The notes under the pieces: generated by a model
Told to the model about the DNA's origin: nothing
The model's input: the letters and a program-made list of their open reading frames with translations, nothing else
The model's database searches: none
Shown here: piece after piece, positions 1 through 17,693 of the stretch
Position numbering within the stretch: the stretch's first letter is position 1
How the letters are laid out: each line of letters opens with the position of its first letter
Position numbers and translations under genes: made by a program
Source of the DNA: Macrostomum hystrix
Lineage: Eukaryota; Animalia; Platyhelminthes
Assembly (NCBI GenBank): GCA_950097015.1
Contig: CATNEN010000003.1
Coordinates: 15,004,001 to 15,068,000 of the forward strand
DNA length: 64,000 nt
Direction of reading: 5' to 3'

Positions 1-11
1 GGCTTGAGGGT

Positions 12-6254
<6,243 letters not shown>

Positions 6255-6834
6255 TCAGCTCTACTGGTAGTCTCAATAGTTGAGTCGCATGACTGTGTGC
6301 TCTGAAATAAATAGGTTCGCTATTTTATTAAACGAAATGAAAGTACCTTGCGCACATTTGGTTTTTGATTAGCTAAGCGGTTAGTTAGTGTTGTTTGTAG
6401 GCTAGTTGAGTTGCTAGGGCCAACCAATATATACTACAATGACAGTTTATCAAAAGGCCTTGTGCGGTTCCTAAAAATAGATTGCACAGAATGTGTTGCC
6501 AAGGTGGCCGTGTAATACGCTTTTGGGATCCTTCCTTAGAAACTTTTCTAATCCGAGATTTTCCTATACTCGCTATGAGTTAAGTGAAACAGCATTGCAA
6601 CGTTAGTCGCTGAATAATTCATACCTGGGTGCCAGACCTACATGGGATGTAAGGGAATGCAGCGATTCTCTGCTCAGACTATCACACTCGCTTTATAATC
6701 TGACCATCTGTGAGCACCCTTTAAGCAGAAGCTAATAAACACTTGGTAATCTATTGTGATTTTTACTAAAAAACTAAAACAGAAAATTCAAAATTATTTC
6801 GCCCATTTATTTACCGGGTCTATTAAAAATACAT

Positions 6835-8506
6835 TTCCTTCTACTGCAGGGTCCTTTAAAGATTGCTTTATTCTACTGTTCCTTCAAAGAATGCTTTCTT
6901 CTACTGGTCCTTCAAATGACGCTTCCTTCAACTGGTCCTTCAAAAGGACGCTTCCTTCAACTGGTCCTTCAAATGACGCTTCCTTCAACTGGTCCTTCAA
7001 AAGGACGCTTCCTTCAACTGGTCCTTCAAAAGGACGCTTCCATCTACTGGTCCTTCAAAGATTGCTTCATTCTTCTGGTCTTTTAAAGGACGCTTCGTTC
7101 TACTGGTCCTTCAAATGACGCTTCCTTCAACTGGTCCTTCAAAAGGACGCTTCCTTCAACTGGTCCTTCAAATGACGCTTTCTTCAATTGGTCCTTCAAA
7201 AGGACGCTTCCTTCTGCTGGTCCTTTAAAGAATGCTTCCTTTAACTGGTCCTTCAAAAGGACGCTTCCTTCAACTGGTCCTTCAAATGACGCTTCCTTCA
7301 ACTGGTCCTTCAAAAGGACGCTTCCTTCAACTGGTCCTTCAAAAGGACGCTTCCATCTACTGGTCCTTCAAAGATTGCTTCATTCTTCTGGTCTTTTAAA
7401 GGACGCTTCGTTCTACTGGTCCTTCAAATGACGCTTCCTTCAACTGGTCCTTCAAAAGGACGCTTCCTTCAACTGGTCCTTCAAATGACGCTTTCTTCAA
7501 TTGGTCCTTCAAAAGGACGCTTCCTTCTGCTGGTCCTTTAAAGAATGCTTCCTTTAACTGGTCCTTCAAAAGGACGCTTCCTTCAACTGGTCCTTCAAAT
7601 GACGCTTCCTTCAACTGGTCCTTCAAAAGGACGCTTCCTTCAACTGGTCCTTCAAAAGGACGCTTCCATCTACTGGTCCTTCAAAGATTGCTTCATTCTT
7701 CTGGTCTTTTAAAGGACGCTTCGTTCTACTGGTCCTTCAAATGACGCTTCCTTTAACTGGTCCTTCAAAAGGACGCTTCCTTCAACTGGTCCTTCAAAAG
7801 GACGCTTCCTTCAACTGGTCCTTCAAATGACGCTTCCTTCAACTGGTCCTTCAAAAGGACGCTTCCTTCTGCTGGTCCTTTAAAGAATGCTTCCTTTAAC
7901 TGGTCCTTCAAATGACGCTTCCTTCAACTGGTCCTTCAAAAGGACGCTTCCTTCAACTGGCCCTTCAAAAGGACGCTTCCTTCTTCTGGTCCTTCAAACA
8001 ACGCTTCTTTCAACTTGTCCTTCAAAGAATGCTTTATTCTTCTGGTCCTTCAAAGGACGCTTCCTTCTACTGGTCCTTCAAAGAATTCTTTCTTCTACTG
8101 GTCCTTCAAAAGGACGCTTCCTTCAACTGGTCCTTCAAATGACGCTTCCTTCAACTGGTCCTTCAAAAGGACGCTTTCTTCAACTGGTCCTTCAAATGAC
8201 GCTTCCTTCAACTGGTCCTTCAAAAGGACGCTTCCTTCTGCTGGTCCTTTAAAGAATGCTTCCTTTAACTGGTCCTTCAAATGACGCTTCCTTCAACTGG
8301 TCCTTCAAAAGGACGCTTCCTTCAACTGGCCCTTCAAAAGGACGCTTCCTTCTTCTGGTCCTTCAAACAACGCTTCTTTCAACTTGTCCTTCAAAGAATG
8401 CTTTATTCTTCTGGTCCTTCAAAGGACGCTTCCTTCTACTGGTCCTTCAAAGAATTCTTTCTTCTACTGGTCCTTCAACGAATGCTTTCTTCTACTGGTC
8501 CTTCAA
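6835..8506. repeat. 28/29-bp minisatellite with higher-order blocks
   Basis: Unit CTGGTCCTTCAAAAGGACGCTTCCTTCAA. Higher-order periods of 313 bp (identical ORFs at 7083 and 7396) and 369 bp (7887 vs 8256). Confidence 0.93.
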
Positions 8507-9283
8507 TCCTGGTCCTATTGATGCGGTACATGCGGAGATAACAGAAACAGCCACGCAGTATTCTTACTCGAGTTCGGTCGTAAAATTTGAAGTGGAATCA
8601 AAAGAAAACTGCTTCTTTAATCCGCCAATTAAATTTGGAAACAAAATGAATCACTCTTTAATGGGCAGATCCAGCTACTCGTATTAGCCAGGAAATCGAG
8701 AGAGCGAGTGAGACAGATGGAGAGGACAGAAAAATTAATTGTAGAAAAACAAAAACGCTATCGCTCGTTTCGCACAAAAGCTCTAGGGCATACACCCCAT
8801 TTCGCTAGTCGAGCTTGTAATTCAAGGCGTTTAAAAGAAGTGTGTCTGAAGCAGCAGAAATAATCAAGAAGAGCAGTACGAGTTTAGTAAAAATGTGTAG
8901 CATATTGGCCAATAATAGAGGGAGAGAATGTTATACAGAACTGCGGGTCTATAGAGTCTAGACTAGCTACATTTTGAGACAGGCTTAAAACTTTTAACCT
9001 CTTACTGTGTCTCTCTATCGCTGCGAGCAATTTCTATAATTCGGCGATGAACAAACATGAAATTTTCGTTTTTATTATCTCGATTGATTAGGACATCGAT
9101 AAAAAAATATGAAACGTTTTACGATTTTTTTGTTGCAGCAAAACAATGCAGTAGCTTAGGGTAATTTTGCCAAAATGAACATTACATATTCCTCGTCGTT
9201 ATAACATTTAAAATTGATATAAAATAAAAATCCTCAATATAATGTTTAAAAGTGAAGACAAACAATATACTCTTCTAGATTAT

Positions 9284-9724
9284 CACCCGTGTTGACAGAG
9301 ATAGGGTCTAAGAAACAGTAATCGAACATGCGCGACGGTCGCCTAATAGGCAACTTCGAACATGTTCTTTGTTCCGAGAACATGTTCTTTTAAATTAAAA
9401 AGGCTACTTAATGTATATTAATAAATTAATAACATGAAGAAAAAACGATGCCTTCGTTGGTATGAGGTCAACAAACAAGACAGTTAAACCCATACTATGT
9501 CTAGTATGGTTTAACACACACACACATGGTTTAACTGTCTTGTTTGTTGACCTCATGCCAACGAAGGCATCGTTTTTTCTTCATGTTATTAATTTATTAA
9601 TATACATTAAGTAGCCTTTTTAATTTAAAAGAACATGTTCTCGGAACAAAGAACATGTTCGAAGTTGCCTATTAGGCGACCGTCGCGCATGTTCGATGTA
9701 GCCTAAGAGTCGTCAACACGGCTG
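9284..9724. mobile_element. Non-autonomous foldback DNA transposon (MITE) with 7-bp TSD
   Basis: Termini CACCCGTGTTGAC...GTCAACACGGCTG (12/13 inverted match). Flanked by the direct repeat AGATTAT (9277-9283 and 9725-9731). Internal 170-bp inverted arms at 9321-9490 and 9528-9697 with one mismatch seen. Confidence 0.85.
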
Positions 9725-11428
9725 AGATTATTGTGCTCCATTAATTTTATGTCTCTAAAATATCAAAAAGAAACAATTAAAAAAAACATGCGTATTTTCG
9801 GCGCAATAAAAGTGAGACTGAGACAGCCATAAACTAGAAAAGTAGCATAGCACAATTTTTTCTTTTAATTCAGGCTTTAATTAAAGTAGGCAAATACTAA
9901 AATATTCCGAAAACATTCCTCATATGCATAATATATTCCATATATATTACAACACATTAAATTTATATTGTCATATTTTACATATACAATATTCTATACA
10001 TAGTATATGTATCAGAGTTCTTAACTAGCTCAAAATAACATTCTAAAAACTTTCGAACTTTGGTATCACTAATCGGTAAATCCTATAGTCAAGTCTAATT
10101 GCATGAAATAAGACTTGACAGTCAGATAGTCAAGACTGTCAAGTAAATATAGTCATGTCTAATTGCATGTTTCTAATTTAAATAAATCAGTTATACAGTA
10201 ATCAAACCATTAAATGAACGAAGTTAATGGCAAGTATTTACTATTTACAGTGCTGATATAAGAAACCGAATGCACAAAAATACAAGTATATGTATAGCAC
10301 TTCAGCTGCCACATCTGACCGAAAATTATAAGAATATGAGCTTGTAAGTATAACTTAATATGATATAAGCTAGTTTAGGCTAGTTTAAAGTATATAATAT
10401 TCTATGTAAGGGAGAGATTTATTTTGCTAACATAAATAAAAATGAACTTTTATTGGTGTCCTCGACTCCTCTTGGCTTTTTAGACTATGTACATTAACTA
10501 TTTAGATATTAAACTTTAGAATATACTTTTAAATATTTTTATATTCTTTCATTGGAATAATGCGTCGAGTTTTTTTATCTAAAGAATTTAAATTTCAAGT
10601 GAATAAAGCGTTTAAACGCTTTGTATTAAAACCTAATACAGATGCAGAAGACTATCGATAAGCATATCACATGTCTTCGAAAGAATAATTGGCAATAATT
10701 CTATCTTTTAAAAAACTAATACGACGCAATAAGAATCGTTTTTAATCCTTACAGAGCTAAGTCAGAAAATAATTTTTTATTAAGTGACGCTTGTTCATTT
10801 TTTAAGCCGTTTACTTATATCTAAAAAATATTTACGTCGTAAAATTTGTTAAGACGCGCTTTTCTCTAAGGAAGTCCTTCCTGAAAAGTTATCGTGCATT
10901 CAGTAGCATTTACGATACAAATGCAAACTCAAGAACAACAAAAAATCCTGGCGGCCTGGTCTATAATTTTAAATATCTTCTTTTGATATCGACAGTTGTG
11001 GACTTGATAACGACGTGGTTTCGTGTCTCTATTGCTGTTGGAATTACTCCGATCAATCTACCACTAATCGCATCTTCGAATGCACTTTTCGTGCAATTAA
11101 TTATTTTATGCACGTAAAGCAACGAATAATTTAAATATTGTTGCATTTTCTTGTTTTTTTTTACAAAATAAGAAAACAAAATTTATTTTGACATGAAAAT
11201 TATGATAGTGCTCCGGGACTTAAGAAGCAATCGAGGGAGGCCTTTTTAGAAATTCACTAATTCACCCTAAAAAGAAAACTTTACAAATAATACATCGGAT
11301 AGTATTATCGACTTGCACCTTTTTTCCTAGAGAAATCCCTGTGTTTTTTATTTTATTTCATTAAATGCTATGAGCATGCTAATTTTCTATGCCATTTTAA
11401 GCATATTGGGTCTGCAATTGGTTAACAG

Positions 11429-11621
11429 GTGGGCGTGGCGTTTATAATTGGCGTGGCGTTTATAATTGGCGTGGCGTTTATAATTGAAGGTGGGCGTGGC
11501 GTCCCCCCAGTCCATGGACTGAACAGCTGTACGCAGCCTTCAGATGCGCCGCGCAATAGCTGCGGCTGTGCTGTCGGCTGCACATCTGGCCCGATTGGGG
11601 CAGGTGTAATCAATTATTATT
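11429..11621 (+). mobile_element. 5'-truncated SINE (family A) with 13-bp TSD
   Basis: Matches the 3' half of the copies at 25912-26170 and 58200-58306. Ends in a (TTA)n-like tail and is flanked by AATTGGTTAACAG at 11416-11428 and 11622-11634. Confidence 0.85.
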
Positions 11622-11873
11622 AATTGGTTAACAGTTATTTTGCATTTGATCCGACTGAAACCAATTGCATTTTTAAATCGTTTTGCAGCCTTACTCGCAT
11701 CTTGATACTATTTACAGTAGTTTCTTGCTATCCATAAAATGCCGTTAAACCTAAGAGTATGAACGAACTGGATTTGTCTGAAAAAGATCTTTGCTTTCTT
11801 TAAATGCAATTAAATAAAAAAACTGACTAATATGAAAAAGCAGCACACAGGTTGTTGTGAATTGTATTTTGCA

Positions 11874-12170
11874 TTTAAATAGAAAAAAATATGACACCTT
11901 GCCCAGTTGGTCGATCTAGTTGTACAGTCAGAGGCACAGCTTCAGCTATTGCCTGGTGCTTCCAAAAGCCTAGCTGTGTACAGCTGTTCAGTCCGTAGAC
12001 TGGCAGCTTCAACTACCCAAATTTCTACGCTCATAACTCAGTGATAATATATGATCGTGTTCCATCTACAGCATGCTGAGTTGAAAAAGGGAATTTAGTA
12101 TCTTTTTTGAGTACCCAATATATTAGTTTCCTTGGAGATGATCGAGACTTGAACTGCAGACCTTTCGGAA
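11874..12170 (-). mobile_element. Degenerate SINE-related element (family A variant)
   Basis: The 3' end resembles the family A tail. Internal CAGCTGTTCAGTCC-like segment and a weak B-box-like remnant near 12140-12170. Confidence 0.5.
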
Positions 12171-13793
12171 CCCTACACACAATACAAGCCCGACGTTAAT
12201 ATTAATCTTAATGGATATCGATAAGAAGCTGTTTAAAAAAGTGCGTAATTAAGAGACTCGTTGCTGTGTTAGAGCAAACGTTCGGTAAAAAAAAGTAAAC
12301 TAAAAATGTGCCCCTATTCTACTATAAGTAAGCCACAAAACAATTAAATAAAATGTACTTATCATAATCGCAATCAATCTATCCAGACGGATAAGAAGCA
12401 GATGCTGCGGATGGCAGAGATTTAAACTGGCGACATCTGAAATGCAACAATGAATATAATTATTGTGTGGCTTTTTAATTAGTTGAAAAAGGTTGGGCAA
12501 TAGCGTTTATAACTTGTCGATCAACGTCAGTTCCATACCGAGCAACCTATGATATTACTATATTGGAAATGCGAATTAACAAAACTTCTTAGTAAATTAT
12601 CAAAGATTGCTTGGTAAGGACTAATAGCTCGTAATAGCTGAGTTTGACGTTTTCTTTCTTACAATCTATATAACAGTAACAGCTGCAGTTGCTGTTTTCT
12701 GTCGATAGCACGCAATTCTTCACTGATTTATATACTACAGTCAGAACCAGACCAACAGCCAATGAAATTCAACTCAATACAAATGCTGGTATCACACTTA
12801 GACCAAACCTTTTCTAAAACAGACGTGCACACTGAAATATTTTCATTCCTAGAAACCATAAGCTAGACTTTGACTCCGTGCGACACAGTGTCGCGAAATT
12901 TTAAACTATAGGAATTCTACATAAGATATTTCGCAACAGAGGAGCTATAATAGCAATAGAAAGAAAAATATTGAGCGAATACATACAAACGGAGCATGTG
13001 GCCCAGTTTTTGGTACACACTTGGGACTCGCAACACATTCAGCTAATTCTTGTGTCAATAATTTCTCAGAATTAGCTACATGCGCACTTGCTGGTGTATA
13101 GATATAACATATATAGATGGCGTTAAGTCTAGCTTTATAGGCACCGAAGTGTGCATTCGTTGAAAATATTTCACTAGCAGTGATACATACGAGCTATAAA
13201 TAATAGAATACTCTCAATGTATGATTCAAATGCAACAATTATATTTGCTTACAAAACTTGTAATAACAAAAATCTAAATACTAAAATAATTGTAAATCTA
13301 GTTTTTCCCCACAGTTGACACGTAATTATAATTTTCAAGTCTGAGTTTCAATGAAACTCAGTTATAAATTTATTATTAAAAATGTCATGCGCAATCGAAC
13401 TAGCCCTTACAGACAGTCAGATCGCACCTCACCTACCTTTAACAGAGCTAGGCAAATCACATTGTGCAACCATAGATTAGATAAGGAATAGTACGGGTCT
13501 ATACCTGCTCAACGAGCTATGGGCTAATTAACACTAAACAGGTGTGACGTTAAACGCTGAATAAAAACCGTCAAGAATTTGACCAGTAACAATCTTTGCC
13601 TATTAGGGGTGGCGAAGGGGTGGGTAGTCAGCTAGCTGTATTTGCTCTTGTGCGTGTCACTCACGATTGAGTTTAAGTCGCTTGATTTAACTGTATGAAG
13701 CAAATTTCTATTAGAGTATAAGTTTGTGAAAAAAATTAAACTTTAATGAGGGACATTCGAATTATTCAACATTTTCCTAACTCAAATTTCTAC

Positions 13794-16045
13794 TGTCTAA
13801 CAGGTTTCAATTCTAACAGCTTCTAAATCTATCCAACAAGTTTCTAGTCAGTCTAACAGGTATCAAGCCTGTCTAACAGGTATCAAGTCTGTCTAACAGG
13901 TTTCAAGTCTGTCTAACAGGTATCAAGCCTGTCTAACAGGTTTCAAGTCTGTCTAACAGGTATCAAGCCTGTCTAACAGGTATCAAGTCTGTCTAACAGG
14001 TTTCAAGTCTGTCTAACAGGTATCAAGCCTGTCTAACAGGTATCAAGTCTGTCTAACAGGTTTCAAGTCTGTCTAACAGGTATCAAGCCTGTCTAACAGG
14101 TTTCAAGTCTGTCTAACAGGTATCAAGCCTGTCTAACAGGTATCAAGTCTGTCTAACAGGTTTCAAGTCTGTCTAACAGGTATCAAGCCTGTCTAACAGG
14201 TATCAAGTCTGTCTAACAGGTTTCAAGTCTGTCTAACAGGTATCAAGCCTGTCTAACAGGTTTCAAGTCTGTCTAACAGGTATCAAGCCTGTCTAACAGG
14301 TATCAAGTCTGTCTAACAGGTTTCAAGTCTGTCTAACAGGTATCAAGCCTGTCTAACAGGTATCAAGCCTGTCTAACAGGTATCAAGTCTGTCTAACAGG
14401 TTTCAAGTCTGTCTAACAGGTTTCAAGTCTGTCTAACAGGTTTCAAGTTTGTCTAACAAGTATCAAGTCTGTCTAACAGGTTTCAAGTCTGTCTAACAGG
14501 TATCAAGTCTGTCTAACAGGTATCAAGCCTGTCTAACAGGTATCAAGTCTGTCTAACAGGTTTCAAGTCTGTCTAACAGGTTTCAAGTCAGTCTAACAGG
14601 TATCAAGCCTGTCTAACAGGTATCAAGTCTGTCTAACAGGTTTCAAGTCTGTCTAACAGGATTCAAGTCTGTCTAACAGGTTTCAAGTCTGTCTAACAAG
14701 TATCAAGTCTGTCTAACAGGTTTCAAGTCTGTCTAACAGGATTCAAGTTTGTCTAACGAGTATCAAGTCTGTCTAACAGGATTCAAGTCTGTCTAACAGG
14801 TTTCAAGTCTGTCTAACAGGTTTCAAGTCTGTCTAACAGGTTTCAAGTTTGTCTAACAGGATTCAAGTCTGTCTAACAAGTATCAAGTCTGTCTAACAGG
14901 TTTCAAGTCTGTCTAACAGGTTTCAAGTCTGTCTAACAGGTATCAAGTCTGTCTAACAGGATTCAGTCTGTCTAACAGGATTCAGTCAGTCTAACAGGTT
15001 TTCAAGTTTGTCTAACAGGATTCAGTCTGTCTAATAAGTTTTAAAGTTTATCTAACAGGATTCAGTCTGTCTAACAGGTTTTCAAGTTTGTCTAACAGGA
15101 TTCAGTCTGTCTAACAGGTTTTCAAGTCAGTCTAACAGGTATCAAGCCTGTCTAACAGGTATCAAGTCTGTCTAACAGGTTTCAAGTCTGTCTAACAGGT
15201 TTCAAGTCTGTCTAACAGGATTCAAGTTTGTCTAACAAGTATCAAGCCTGTCTAACAGGTATCAAGTCTGTCTAACAGGTATCAAGTCTGTCTAACAGGT
15301 TTCAAGTCTGTCTAACAGGATTCAAGTTTGTCTAACAAGTATCAAGTCAGTCTAACAGGTTTCAAGTCTGTCTAAAAGGTTTCAAGTCTGTCTAACAGGT
15401 TTCAAGTCTGTCTAACAGGATTCAGTCAGTCTAACAGGTTTTCAAGTTTGTCTAACAGGATTCAGTCTGTCTAACAGGTTTTCAAGTTTGTCTAACAGGA
15501 TTCAAGCGTGTCTAACAGGATTCAAGTCTGTCTAACAGGATTCAGTCTGTCTAACAGGATTCAAGTCTGTCTAACAGGTTTCAAGTCTGTCCAACAGGTT
15601 TCAAGTCTGTCAAACAGGTTTCAAGTCTGTCAAACAGGTTTCAAGTCTGTCCAACAGGTTTCAAGTCGGTTTATCAGGTTTCAAGTTTGTCTAACATATT
15701 CCATGTCTGTCTAACAGGTTTTCACGTCTGTCTAACAGGTTTCAAGTCTGTCAAACAGGTTTCAAGTCTGTCAAACAGGTTTCAAGTCTGTCAAACAGGT
15801 TTCAAGTCTGTCAAACAGGTTTCAAGTCTGTCCAACAGGTTTCAAGTCGGTTTATCAGGTTTCAAGTTTGTCTAACATATTCCATGTCTGTCTAACAGGT
15901 TTTCATGTCTGTCTAACAGGTTTTCACGTCTGTCTAACAGGTTTCCACGTCTGTCTAACAGGTTTCAAGTCTGTCTAACAGGTTTTCACGTCTGTCTAAC
16001 AGGTTTTCACGTCTTTCTAACATATTCCATGTCTGTCTAACAGCT
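13794..16045. repeat. 20-bp minisatellite (GTCTAACAGGTTTCAAGTCT)
   Basis: About 110 units, homogeneous centre and degenerate edges. Confidence 0.97.
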
Positions 16046-16155
16046 CTAATATCTGTCTATCAGCTTCCATATCGTCTAAGAGGTCTTAAGTTTGTCCAAC
16101 AGCTTCTAAATTAGTCAAATGGGTTCCTAATCTGCATAATACGAGATTATGCAAT

Positions 16156-16234
16156 GCAATAGCTGAAGCTGTGCCTCTGACTGTACAACTAGATCGACCA
16201 ACTGGGCAAGGTGTCATATTTTTATCTATTTAAA
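16156..16234 (+). mobile_element. 79-bp SINE-variant 3' fragment
   Basis: Reverse complement of 11874-11952 with one mismatch. Confidence 0.6.
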
Positions 16235-17693
16235 ACTCGTAGCTTCCCGAAACAGCTAAAATGGAATAAGAGTTTTAGTTAACAATAGGCCGTATTTTCA
16301 AATCACGACGTGAAAAACAGACACGAGGCTAAACGTAAGAATCAAGCGGCGGGTGATTTTGCAGAAAAGGTTATAATATATTTTGACAGCAATAAAAAAC
16401 TGATTTTGCCTGCAGCGATCGATAAACTAATCGATAAGCCGATGAATAAACTAGTGGGTTCAACGGCATCAACATCTAAACCCCACCCCGGCTTATACCG
16501 GTTTGGGGCAGACAGTAAAACACTCCAGCCAATCAAAACGTGCCACGTGCGATTGCGATCAAGGCGGCATGCAAGCCGCATAACACAACAGTTATTTCAC
16601 ACAAAAGCTACGCTCGAAGATTTGTTTAAAGCAGTAATTGTTTTTAACTAAAGTAGACAAATACAATGCAAAACAAAGACGCTGCAATATAATAATCAAA
16701 GGCTTACAATAGCCAGTGTTGTTTTGCACAGTTTTAACACAGCTTTTTCGTGTTTTTACTGGTAATTTCGACGCAAAATATAAAAGCAGCGCTTTTAGTT
16801 ACTACGAGTAGCTGCAACGAAGCAACAACTGCTTTAAAAAGTTTCCTCTCCGGGTGCAAAGGATTCAAATTGACTTTCCAGTTAAAATTAATGCATATTT
16901 TAGTTCATAATTCTACGCGGTAAAACATTATGAGACAAAGGTGTAAAACAAATATTTAAGTTACAACAAAAGTAATGTCAAAAGCGTTTAATTGTAAATG
17001 AGTTTCATGTACAAGCGTTACCTTGATAAAACATCACGCTTTTAGGTGAGGAGGCAAAAAATACCACATTAAGTTTGAAATATTGATTCTAACAAAGACT
17101 AAGAAGATAATTATGATTACGATGCATACGAGCATGAAGATAATGAAGAGCATGATAAATATTATAATGAAGATGAGAATTTTAAATATTATGAATTGGT
17201 TATTGAAACGATTGTGAAAAAGACAATGAAAAATATTATTATGAAGAAAGCAAATGAGTGTAATCAAAATTTTGCAGCCAATGTGAAGCAGAGAGAATGC
17301 AGCGAAGCATAGATATTATTTTAAGCACACAGTAACTTTGATTAACGTTAATCAAACGATTTCAGGTACAAAGTTGACTCAGCTCTGCACTCATATCTAA
17401 TTCTGCAAGAATTTTTTTCTTAAAATGTTTTCCGTTTCGCGTAGTTGATAAAAATTAGATTAAAAGAAATATTTGTATTAAATTAAGTAAGAAAAAATTG
17501 CACTAAATCAAATTTTTTAATGCTGCACTCATACTACTAAAATGGTCAGGTGGCAGTAGTAGTAGGAGACGAAAAAATGTTTAATCAAAAAAGGTAAAAA
17601 TCCTATACAAAAAGTTTATAAGTAAAAAAGCTTATTTGTGACATAAACTAGATTTGTAGTTCGTGTTTTCATTGTCGACTAGCTCGTAATCTT

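Noticed and set aside
16310-17267. ORFs 16310-16651 and 17034-17267
   Set aside because: No motifs; AT-rich low-complexity sequence, probably GPCR 3' UTR or intergenic DNA.
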